Source of the DNA: a virus
Taxonomy: Duplodnaviria > Caudoviricetes
Length of the DNA stretch: 64,000 nt
IMG/VR virus record: IMGVR_UViG_3300001525_000092
Span: 1 to 64,000 of that record
Direction: 5' to 3' (one strand)
Part shown: positions 20,767-28,578 of the stretch, piece by piece
How positions within the stretch are numbered: position 1 is the first letter of the stretch
Layout: each line of letters starts with the position of its first letter
Program-made: the position numbers and the translations under genes
Notes under the pieces: model-generated
What the model saw: only the letters and a program-made list of their open reading frames with translations
What the model was told of the DNA's origin: nothing
Databases searched by the model: none

Positions 20767-21969
20767 ATGATAAACTTAAGACAATATGTCCAAATATTCG
20801 AAGGTGGAGCATCGGGCCACATGGCACACATCATAGACGAGACTGACTTCACATGCCAAGACTTGCTTGACTTGATAGATGACATCTTTGGAGGCAAGAT
20901 AGCTAATGCGACAGAGAAGCTAGATGGCACTAACATACAAGCTTCTATGAATGACAAAGGAGAAGTAATCTTCATTCGCAACAAAGGTGACTTGAATAGT
21001 GAGAGAGGAGGAATGACTGTCCAAGACATGGTAGAGAAATGGAAAGACAAGCCAGCAACACAGAAGACTTTTGTATCAGCCGGCAAGACTTTAGAGAAGA
21101 TATTCAAGAGGATAGGAAGCAAGTTCTTCAATCCAGATCCATCCACTAGATTATTAATGAACTGTGAGTGCATCGTTGCTGGTACTACAAATATCATGTA
21201 CTATGATGATGATCAAGTTGATTTCCATAACATCTGGGTATACAAGAAGATTGGGGATGAATGGCACAAAGACAAAGTGACTAGAGATGGACTTGATGTG
21301 ATACAGAAAGCAATAGACAAAGATGACAAAGCAAAGCTAACACCTAATGTAATCATACAAGTCACTAAAGATTCTAATAAGTTTGCTAATGAGTACAAGA
21401 AGAAAGTTCTGGAGTTGTTCAAGTCTGAAGGTCTAGGAAAAGAAGCTACCATAGAAGATTGGAAGAAGAAACGATTTGAGAAAGTTGCACCGGAATGGAT
21501 GACGGAGAAGGATGCATTCTTCAATAGATGGTTCAACTCAGATAAGAGTGTGAACATCAGAATACTGAAGAAGAGCTACCCAGAACATGCTGATGAGATA
21601 ACATCTATAGATAAGAAAGACTACAAGAAATATGTGAAAGATGTGATAGAACCTATAGATGAGTTGTTCTTGGACATGTCTAACAAAGCAATAGAGCTCA
21701 CTAGCGGGTTGATGAATGACAATGTCAAAGACAAAGCAATACTCAATCTAAAGAATGAGATAGAAGCTACTAAGAAAGTTGTTGATGAGAAAGGCACTCA
21801 AGATGACAAAGACAAGCTCAAAGAACAAATTCTTAGATTACAGAAGATTGGAAACAAAGTGAATAGCACTGAAGGCATAGTCTTCACTTGGAAAGGAAGA
21901 ATGATGAAGATGACAGGTGGATTTGCTGTATGCAACCAGATAATTGGAATGAAATACAAAATAAAATAA
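20767..21969 (+). CDS. KxDG nucleotidyltransferase / ligase-like protein (DUF6267-like)
   Basis: GHMAH, ATEKLDGTN motif I, NCEC, EGIVF...MMKMTG motifs IV/V. Confidence 0.6.
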   Translation: MINLRQYVQIFEGGASGHMAHIIDETDFTCQDLLDLIDDIFGGKIANATEKLDGTNIQASMNDKGEVIFIRNKGDLNSERGGMTVQDMVEKWKDKPATQKTFVSAGKTLEKIFKRIGSKFFNPDPSTRLLMNCECIVAGTTNIMYYDDDQVDFHNIWVYKKIGDEWHKDKVTRDGLDVIQKAIDKDDKAKLTPNVIIQVTKDSNKFANEYKKKVLELFKSEGLGKEATIEDWKKKRFEKVAPEWMTEKDAFFNRWFNSDKSVNIRILKKSYPEHADEITSIDKKDYKKYVKDVIEPIDELFLDMSNKAIELTSGLMNDNVKDKAILNLKNEIEATKKVVDEKGTQDDKDKLKEQILRLQKIGNKVNSTEGIVFTWKGRMMKMTGGFAVCNQIIGMKYKIK

Positions 21970-21976
21970 GAATAGA

Positions 21977-21998
21977 AAGGAAGACTTAAGTCTTCCTT
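21977..21998. terminator. Bidirectional terminator (perfect 22-bp palindrome)
   Basis: aaggaagacttaagtcttcctt between convergent genes. Confidence 0.7.
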
Positions 21999-22467
21999 AA
22001 TTATAATTCAAATTAATTACAAGTTCACAAAAACCGTCACCGAATAAATCTTCATTCAATATATAATATAAGTTTGCGATTTCTTTCCCATAAAATAAAC
22101 AATTAGAATCCCAGTCATTAGTATCATATTTTATATGTGTACCAGATGCAGTAAATGTTCCTACCGTAAGTTTTGCTGATTCATATTTAGATATATCAAA
22201 AGTAATATCGTTATTAGTTACTTTATGTTTTACTCCATTGATAATATAACCCATTTCTGTTATCTTGGTAATTACTTCTTTTGTAGTACCATTAGACTCT
22301 ACTATTTCAATGTTGATACCAGCACAATCCGCATAATTTGAATTAACTCCAATAGTAACATTAAATGTAGTAAGTTCACTCCCATATCCTATATTTATCG
22401 ATGATTCAACAGTTTCATTATTTATAACTGCGGCGCCCATACTAATATCTTCAACTACTATATTCAA
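21997..22467 (-). CDS. Hypothetical beta-rich protein, probably the C-terminal part of the silent cassette gene
   Basis: TTG start 15 nt after stop of 22482-22727; joined in frame if A6 at 22485-22490 were A7; very AT-rich. Confidence 0.5.
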   Translation of the reverse strand: MNIVVEDISMGAAVINNETVESSINIGYGSELTTFNVTIGVNSNYADCAGINIEIVESNGTTKEVITKITEMGYIINGVKHKVTNNDITFDISKYESAKLTVGTFTASGTHIKYDTNDWDSNCLFYGKEIANLYYILNEDLFGDGFCELVINLNYN

Positions 22468-22481
22468 ATAGTATATACTTT

Positions 22482-22727
22482 CTATTTTTTACTGAAATAA
22501 AAAATTTTAGTTACACCATTATTATTTCTCCAGTCAGGACCATAAATAGTCTTACATGATATCTCGTAAGAGGTACTTGTTGAATCAACATAACCATCTT
22601 TTACAATGCTATATTTTCCGTTACTATCAGGTCCAGTAACTCTTAAGGTGGTACCTGTAGGATAAACGGATACTATACCGCTAAAGTTATTAGATTCATA
22701 TTTCTTCACTTCTCCACTCTGGGTGTA
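22482..22727 (-). CDS. Start-less alternative cassette (YTQSGEVKKYESNNFSG...)
   Basis: First 11 codons identical to codons 7-17 of 23161-24225; immediately preceded by in-frame TAA (22730-22728). Confidence 0.6.
   Translation of the reverse strand, partial: YTQSGEVKKYESNNFSGIVSVYPTGTTLRVTGPDSNGKYSIVKDGYVDSTSTSYEISCKTIYGPDWRNNNGVTKIFYFSKK
22695..22727. repeat. Left 33-bp inverted repeat of putative invertible segment
   Basis: ttcatatttcttcacttctccactctgggtgta is the exact reverse complement of 23179-23211. Confidence 0.95.
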
Positions 22728-22748
22728 TTAAGAAAATGTATGTAAGGC

Positions 22749-22781
22749 TTGAAATTTACTTTTCTGCTTTTCTATTTTTAA
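22749..22781 (+). promoter_or_regulatory. Putative promoter inside the invertible segment, pointing at 23161
   Basis: TTGAAA 22749-22754 and TATTTTTAA 22773-22781. Confidence 0.5.
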
Positions 22782-22828
22782 TTATATAAAGATGATGAAT
22801 GACATCATGTTGTTTCAAAATTTGTTCA

Positions 22829-23098
22829 CAACTATCTTCTCATCTAGCGATGATTTGATACGTCAAAGAAATTCATGACTAACTCATCATTTCTTATTGA
22901 ATAAAGCGTCAGAGTGAATAATGAAATAGCTACAAATCAATTAATCGTGTCTCTGACGCTTTTGTTGTCTCATTTAAATTGACTATCGTCAATCATATTA
23001 TTAAGACTTTGTAGACATCATTAAGTTGTTCTGAACTCTTATTGAAATATTCACTAACAAATTAGTTATCAAATCATCGCTAGATGAGAAGATAGTTG
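22829..23098. repeat. Nested perfect 32-bp inverted repeat with inner 12-bp inverted repeat
   Basis: caactatcttctcatctagcgatgatttgata (22829-22860) vs its reverse complement at 23067-23098; aaagcgtcagag (22903-22914) vs ctctgacgcttt (22951-22962). Confidence 0.9.
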
Positions 23099-23160
23099 GT
23101 GTGAATTTTTTGATTGATTCATGATTTCTTTCTATAAAATTATGAAGAGAAAGAAATTTT

Positions 23161-24225
23161 ATGGCGACAGGAGTTTGCTACACCCAGAGTGGAGAAGTGA
23201 AGAAATATGAAAGTAAACTTTTTTCATATTATATGGCTAAGCCAATGCCAATACCTTGTTACTTTAATATATATTATCATGATGAGGATAAAGATACAGA
23301 ATATAATTATAATGTAATTAATTCTAACTTAAATTATCCTTACTATTATACATATTTTGCTGAAGTAACTAATGCCACTTCGAATAAAATAGCATGGTAT
23401 ACATTTTCTGATATTACTAAATCTGAATATATAGATGCATATCAAAATGCATTAGTAACAAAATATGGAGTTAATGATAGTTACCAATATGCATATTTTC
23501 CAATGTACGCATATTATTCTATTGTGCCAGATCTAAGTACTAAAATAAGTACAACACGAGCCCAAAAATCTATCAATACAGGGTTAAATTTGGATTATTG
23601 CGTTATAGATTGGCAACATAATGGAGATCAGAATAATAATACTACTATATCTAGATCAAAATTGATATGTAAAGATGCTGTAGGAAATAAAATAGATGCA
23701 ATAACCATACATATTAATCCTATTTCTTATATAGATTTTCAAGAAAGTAGTAAAGTATGGAGAAAGGAAGTACATTTTATAAATAAAAATGTATTTGATG
23801 GTACAACTTCTTATATTAGACTAGATTATGATAACAATTCTGTAGTTCCTTGGAAAGGATACTGGAATACTAGAGCAATGTCTTATTTATATTCTTATTA
23901 TATGATCTTAGATATGAACATCAGTTATTTACACCCGCTTGTTGTAATGGATTATAAACATTCTGGAGATGAGAATGGTTGGAGTAGGATACATATTGGA
24001 TACGTAACTGCTACTATAAACAATAAGTATTCATATTACACAAATGGTACTGTATTTATAAAACAAGATTCTAGTATTTGGGAATATAATCATAAATATA
24101 GCAATAATTTTAATTCAAATGATAATAATAAAAAATATCTTTCTTGTGTAAAAGATTATAGACATTCCGGGGATGAAAATGGTAATAGCGCCATACAATT
24201 TACTTATCTTAATTGTGTGTTTTAA
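23161..24225 (+). CDS. Tyr/Asn-rich protein with three H-x-G-D-(E/Q)-N repeats (possible adhesin or receptor-binding module)
   Basis: DWQHNGDQN, DYKHSGDENG, DYRHSGDENG; codon usage more AT-rich than flanking genes. Confidence 0.6.
   Translation: MATGVCYTQSGEVKKYESKLFSYYMAKPMPIPCYFNIYYHDEDKDTEYNYNVINSNLNYPYYYTYFAEVTNATSNKIAWYTFSDITKSEYIDAYQNALVTKYGVNDSYQYAYFPMYAYYSIVPDLSTKISTTRAQKSINTGLNLDYCVIDWQHNGDQNNNTTISRSKLICKDAVGNKIDAITIHINPISYIDFQESSKVWRKEVHFINKNVFDGTTSYIRLDYDNNSVVPWKGYWNTRAMSYLYSYYMILDMNISYLHPLVVMDYKHSGDENGWSRIHIGYVTATINNKYSYYTNGTVFIKQDSSIWEYNHKYSNNFNSNDNNKKYLSCVKDYRHSGDENGNSAIQFTYLNCVF
23179..23211. repeat. Right 33-bp inverted repeat of putative invertible segment
   Basis: tacacccagagtggagaagtgaagaaatatgaa, codons 7-17 of ORF 23161. 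Confidence 0.95.
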
Positions 24226-24226
24226 G

Positions 24227-24260
24227 GAGAGATGGACCTTCAATTGAAGGTCCATCTCTC
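24227..24260. terminator. Bidirectional terminator (perfect 34-bp palindrome)
   Basis: gagagatggaccttcaattgaaggtccatctctc between convergent genes. Confidence 0.7.
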
Positions 24261-24770
24261 TCTATTGTATCTAATGTAGTTGCATAGAACATCTCTTAAG
24301 TCATACTCACATTCTACATTGATTTCTATATATCTTCCTTCTTGCAATCCTTTGATGTCATCATCATAGTGTTCCATTGCTCTCTCATAAGCAAGCAAAT
24401 TCTTCTGAGTAGGATCTTTCTTCCATCTATCTCTCAATCTGATGAGCCACCAATCTTTAATGTTCAATGATGGCATCACATTGACATAGTCTATGCCTCT
24501 CTTCTTCAACTCATCTCTCACTAACTGATGTGTGCTAGTGAATACACAGACGCCTTGGTCTATCATAGTCTCTACATAATTGACATAGATCTGTACCCAG
24601 TTAGCTGGTCTCTCCCATCCTTCTGTTCTCATCAGACTTGTCTCCATGTCTATGATAGGAATCCATCTACCATCAGGCATCTGAATTGACTCACCTCCTA
24701 TGCTGGACTTTCCTATTGCTGGATATCCGCAAAAAACTAATCCTTTCATAATCTTATTTGATGTCATCAT
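24240..24770 (-). CDS. P-loop NTPase/kinase-like protein
   Basis: Walker A CGYPAIGKS. Confidence 0.7.
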   Translation of the reverse strand: MMTSNKIMKGLVFCGYPAIGKSSIGGESIQMPDGRWIPIIDMETSLMRTEGWERPANWVQIYVNYVETMIDQGVCVFTSTHQLVRDELKKRGIDYVNVMPSLNIKDWWLIRLRDRWKKDPTQKNLLAYERAMEHYDDDIKGLQEGRYIEINVECEYDLRDVLCNYIRYNRERWTFN

Positions 24771-24927
24771 AATTTATGTCAATATATATATATGAATCTT
24801 GTATTTCTTTTGGTATGTCATCTATTGACTCGCCGAAATATGTTGCTAACTCATCTAGATTATTTTGACAGAGCAACTTATCATGAAAATTACTCTGTCT
24901 TTCAATGTATTCTCTTAAGTTTATCAT
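24754..24927 (-). CDS. Small hypothetical protein (57 aa, absent from ORF track)
   Basis: MINLREYIERQSNFHDK...YDDIK*; ATG overlaps the thyX stop. Confidence 0.55.
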   Translation of the reverse strand: MINLREYIERQSNFHDKLLCQNNLDELATYFGESIDDIPKEIQDSYIYIDINYDDIK

Positions 24928-25751
24928 AATTCTAATCCTATAGTCTTGAACTCATTATGTATCATTGTTGAGAGCTGTTTCATTTGTGGATGAACTTTCC
25001 CAGTCACTTCTCTATATCTCAAGTCAAAGAAATGTCTCCAATCTAAAATAGTTCCTGACACTATCATCTCACACTTAGTAGCTTTAGGAAGAATTTGAGC
25101 ACACTCTTGAGCATTAGCACCTAACTTAGCAAGCTTAAGATAAGCATACTCTGCACGTTCCATGTCTTTCTCCCATTCTCTCATGACATTTTGGTCTTTA
25201 ATATAGATGCCAAAGTTTGGACGAATGAAGTTCACGTTGTTGTCAAACTTGTCTTTAGAATAAGCACAGTAACGTGTGCTCTCCACGCAATAAGAGAGCA
25301 CACGATGTCTAGTGAACTCTCCAAGTACTTGCAAGTTAGTGACTAGTCTTACTGTAAGTCTTTTCTCATGACAACCTTCTATGTATGCACACTGATACTT
25401 CAATGCATCTTCTAGTTCATTCTCTACAATCACTCTATAGTTAGTAGTTATATATAAGAAGTTGCCATCATTAGAAACAGAACTATACTTTGACACTTTA
25501 TCATTGTGCTGAAATTCTGTAGCTAAACTATCTGATACAGGAATCTTAAGATAGATTGTAAGGTGCTCGATAGGAGCATAATGGGTACTGTTCACCATCC
25601 TGTCTACAAACTTCTCCGCAGATCCTTCTTCTATCCTGTCTAATGAATGATAGCAAGTTCTGCCTGCTACTTCTGCTATCTTCTTGCCTTCTGTCAATGT
25701 TGCTTCGCCTTGACTAATGATTACTACTGACTGATTCTCTATGATGTTCAT
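24924..25751 (-). CDS. thyX: FAD-dependent thymidylate synthase
   Basis: AGRTCY, HYAPIEH, FTRHRVLSYCVESTRY (RHRx7S), WRHFFDLR, HPQM. Confidence 0.93.
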   Translation of the reverse strand: MNIIENQSVVIISQGEATLTEGKKIAEVAGRTCYHSLDRIEEGSAEKFVDRMVNSTHYAPIEHLTIYLKIPVSDSLATEFQHNDKVSKYSSVSNDGNFLYITTNYRVIVENELEDALKYQCAYIEGCHEKRLTVRLVTNLQVLGEFTRHRVLSYCVESTRYCAYSKDKFDNNVNFIRPNFGIYIKDQNVMREWEKDMERAEYAYLKLAKLGANAQECAQILPKATKCEMIVSGTILDWRHFFDLRYREVTGKVHPQMKQLSTMIHNEFKTIGLEL

Positions 25752-25822
25752 ATTGTTATTGTTTGTTGAATTTATAAGTGATGTCTTTTATCTAGTCTAC
25801 TAAGCTTTTCATAGTGCTTCGT

Positions 25823-26800
25823 CTAGAATAGATTGAACTCTTCTACTTGCTTCTTTGTAAGCTTACCGCTATGTTCATTCTCTTCATGCTTCTTCTTTCT
25901 ATTCAGTTGATCTTTCTTGTAAGCATACTCAAAGATTCTGTTCATTCTCTGCTCATCATACGGAAATGCACCCATGTATGCTTTGTACTTCTGTCCTTTG
26001 CCGAGAACTGCATCATCATTGTCATATTCTATTTTTGGTAAGTTCACTATCATGCATTGCACATGAGATGGTTCTGTTCCTTCTGGTAGATAGTTCTGGA
26101 GCAATGCTTCTTTGTAGTTGTATACTTGAAGAGTGTAAGTGTTCCAGTCTATGGCGAGCAAGTCTTTAGCTGGTCCTAACAGATGCTCTGTCCACTTTGT
26201 TCCTGATGTAGTGATTGACTCATTTGACTTCCAATCTATCACTATCCAAGTGTCTGTTCTCTTGTTGTAGAAGAGTGCATCAAGTCGACCTTTCACATAG
26301 AACTCATTGTCATTGACCTTCACTCTGTTCCATACTTCTATCTCTCTACCAACAAACACTACATCTCCTGACTTCATGATTCTCTCATAGAACTCATCAA
26401 ATGCTGTGATATGTCCTTTGAGTCTCTCATCATTCTCAACATCATTGTCAAGCATGTACTCTTCTAATGCTAACTTGTCTTCATTCAAGATGCAGTCTGT
26501 ATAAGCATCAACTTTCTTTCCATACTCTCTAGATACAGATGCTTTGTCCTCCCACATCTGCATGATTTCTTTTGCTGTCTTTCCAGTCCACTGGCACTGG
26601 CATTTCTTGCCTTTCTCTTCACACTTCTTAGCTACACCTTCTTTGTCAAATGGTGTAGTGATGAGTCCATTTACTGCACTTATAGTGACATAAGATAAAG
26701 ATCTGTCTACAAATCTATTATCAGTATTTCTTAGTTTCTTTTTATATTCATTTTCCATATATGAAAGATAGAAACTATGACATAAATAATTCATAAACAA
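25823..26800 (-). CDS. PD-(D/E)XK exonuclease (start probably Met at 26758)
   Basis: GREIEV...KGRLDALF...VIDWKSN...YTLQVYNY. Confidence 0.8.
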   Translation of the reverse strand: MFMNYLCHSFYLSYMENEYKKKLRNTDNRFVDRSLSYVTISAVNGLITTPFDKEGVAKKCEEKGKKCQCQWTGKTAKEIMQMWEDKASVSREYGKKVDAYTDCILNEDKLALEEYMLDNDVENDERLKGHITAFDEFYERIMKSGDVVFVGREIEVWNRVKVNDNEFYVKGRLDALFYNKRTDTWIVIDWKSNESITTSGTKWTEHLLGPAKDLLAIDWNTYTLQVYNYKEALLQNYLPEGTEPSHVQCMIVNLPKIEYDNDDAVLGKGQKYKAYMGAFPYDEQRMNRIFEYAYKKDQLNRKKKHEENEHSGKLTKKQVEEFNLF

Positions 26801-26809
26801 TGACTTTTA

Positions 26810-26838
26810 TTTGAAATTTTCTAGTATGTTTCTATATT
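26810..26838 (+). promoter_or_regulatory. Putative early promoter TTGAAA-N16-TATATT
   Basis: TTGAAA 26811-26816, TATATT 26833-26838. Confidence 0.75.
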
Positions 26839-26866
26839 ATGAATGTAAATTAAAAATGATTATATT

Positions 26867-27043
26867 ATGAAAGAATTAATTATCTATTCAATAGCTTTCT
26901 TGATGTTCACCTCAATAGTTTTCTCTACTAGAGTTCTCTTTAATTACGGAACGAGAAAAGGTGGTGAGCCTATTGGATTCGTCTTCTCTGGAATCTACTT
27001 GATGTTAGTAATTGTTTCTATTTCACTTTTTATGTTTCACTAA
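26867..27043 (+). CDS. Small two-TM membrane protein (58 aa, absent from ORF track)
   Basis: MKELIIYSIAFLMFTSIVFS...GIYLMLVIVSISLFMFH*, directly behind promoter. Confidence 0.6.
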   Translation: MKELIIYSIAFLMFTSIVFSTRVLFNYGTRKGGEPIGFVFSGIYLMLVIVSISLFMFH

Positions 27044-27049
27044 TAGATT

Positions 27050-27475
27050 ATGATGAATATGAACACTACAACTTCTTCTTTCACTCCTGAGTTTGATACA
27101 CTTGCAATTGCTGAACATCAACTTCCTCTCTTTGAGATGAAGCTTGACAATGTATCTAATCTTCCTACTCAGTTAACATTCAATAGAACTTTTCATGATA
27201 CAATGCAGTCTTCGAGAATTCTCTCTTATCATAGCAACAAGTTCAGAATCTATATTGAGTATGATAGGCAATATACAAGAAAGTTCACCCTTAAGACTGA
27301 ACTTCTTACGCCTAACGGATGGTCAGCCATCTTGACTGGAATAGACATTCCTCTTCCTAATGAAGTGATGAACAATAAGCTGTTCTATCTTGAAGGCGAA
27401 AATATAGAGAAGCTAAATGAGATAGCTAATAAGATAGAAGAAGAGTTCATCAAGTTGATTGTACTGATGTACTAA
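27050..27475 (+). CDS. Hypothetical protein
   Basis: 141-aa ORF. Confidence 0.65.
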   Translation: MMNMNTTTSSFTPEFDTLAIAEHQLPLFEMKLDNVSNLPTQLTFNRTFHDTMQSSRILSYHSNKFRIYIEYDRQYTRKFTLKTELLTPNGWSAILTGIDIPLPNEVMNNKLFYLEGENIEKLNEIANKIEEEFIKLIVLMY

Positions 27476-27495
27476 ACAAAACTCTACTATACTAT

Positions 27496-28038
27496 ATGAA
27501 AAGTTTAATTTCATTTATAAAAGAAAAGCTACAAGAAAAACTTGGAATAGTAGATCCTGATATGCCTATCATAGAAATGTCTACTATAGACAAGAAAGCA
27601 AAGTTAGGAAAGTCTTTCTATAGAATTGCATTGCATGGACCTGCAGTAGGAGACAGGCCCTACCCTCATATTCATATATATGATCCAAGAGACAAGTTCC
27701 CTTACAAGAACTTCAATTTTGAGGTGAGTCTAATAGACTTACTTTGCTATGATGAGCTTAATCTTATATGCCAACAAGACAAGTCAAGCAACATCAACAT
27801 AAAAAATAGAAACAATTGCTCATGGAATGGATATCGTAAGATGAGAGATGACTTTGAAGATTGGCTCACAAGACCTTGCACAGGCATGCCTGGTAACTTC
27901 AAAGACAACTTAGATGCATTGATATGGTGTTACAACAATGAGTCTCCTGACAACGGTGATAGAAATCCATTACTAGACTATATTAAAGATCAAGGAAAGA
28001 AAGTGCTTCCTAAATACAAGAAATATTTTAATGACTAA
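27496..28038 (+). CDS. Hypothetical protein with capsid-targeting-like N-terminus and PHIH motif
   Basis: MKSLISFIKEKLQE; RPYPHIHIY. Confidence 0.65.
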   Translation: MKSLISFIKEKLQEKLGIVDPDMPIIEMSTIDKKAKLGKSFYRIALHGPAVGDRPYPHIHIYDPRDKFPYKNFNFEVSLIDLLCYDELNLICQQDKSSNINIKNRNNCSWNGYRKMRDDFEDWLTRPCTGMPGNFKDNLDALIWCYNNESPDNGDRNPLLDYIKDQGKKVLPKYKKYFND

Positions 28039-28050
28039 AAGATACATAAA

Positions 28051-28572
28051 ATGACACAGAACTTTTATGAACATTGGTCTTTCTTTAAGAAGTGGCTGAT
28101 TGAAGACAAAGAAGAGAGAAAGAGACATGCATACTTCAAGAAAGTTCATTCTTCTATATTGCAAGACTTGAAAGAGATATCTAGAAATGATGAATGCAAT
28201 AGTACTCCTATTATTGAGAATCGATACTATCACATCATCATCAAAGGCCTGAACACACAGGCTTGGAGAGCTTACTTCTTGAAAGAAGACAATGCTTTTG
28301 TTGCATTTCCTGTTCCATGTGGATCTATCTACATCCAGAAGTTGCATGGAGGAAGTCTTTATCATTCCAATGGAATGGAACTATCAGAGCGCAGCTCATT
28401 TTACTTTCCTAACTTCTCATTCAACTATAATGCATTGTGGAATGTACAAAATGAGATAGATGACAAGAAGTTTGTCTTAGATTGGTTGACAAAACATACT
28501 GACTACAAAGAATACGAGAAGAACTTTCCTGGATGGGACAGTGAGTCTTATTGTAAACTTAAGCTAAATTGA
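28051..28572 (+). CDS. Hypothetical protein
   Basis: 173-aa ORF. Confidence 0.65.
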   Translation: MTQNFYEHWSFFKKWLIEDKEERKRHAYFKKVHSSILQDLKEISRNDECNSTPIIENRYYHIIIKGLNTQAWRAYFLKEDNAFVAFPVPCGSIYIQKLHGGSLYHSNGMELSERSSFYFPNFSFNYNALWNVQNEIDDKKFVLDWLTKHTDYKEYEKNFPGWDSESYCKLKLN

Positions 28573-28578
28573 TAGAAC

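Noticed and set aside
23161-24225. Diversity-generating retroelement target
   Set aside because: No reverse transcriptase and no template/variable repeat pair differing at adenines in the window
25823-26800. Cas4 / CRISPR adaptation gene
   Set aside because: No array or other cas genes and no complete Cas4 Fe-S cysteine pattern; generic PD-(D/E)XK exonuclease is more parsimonious
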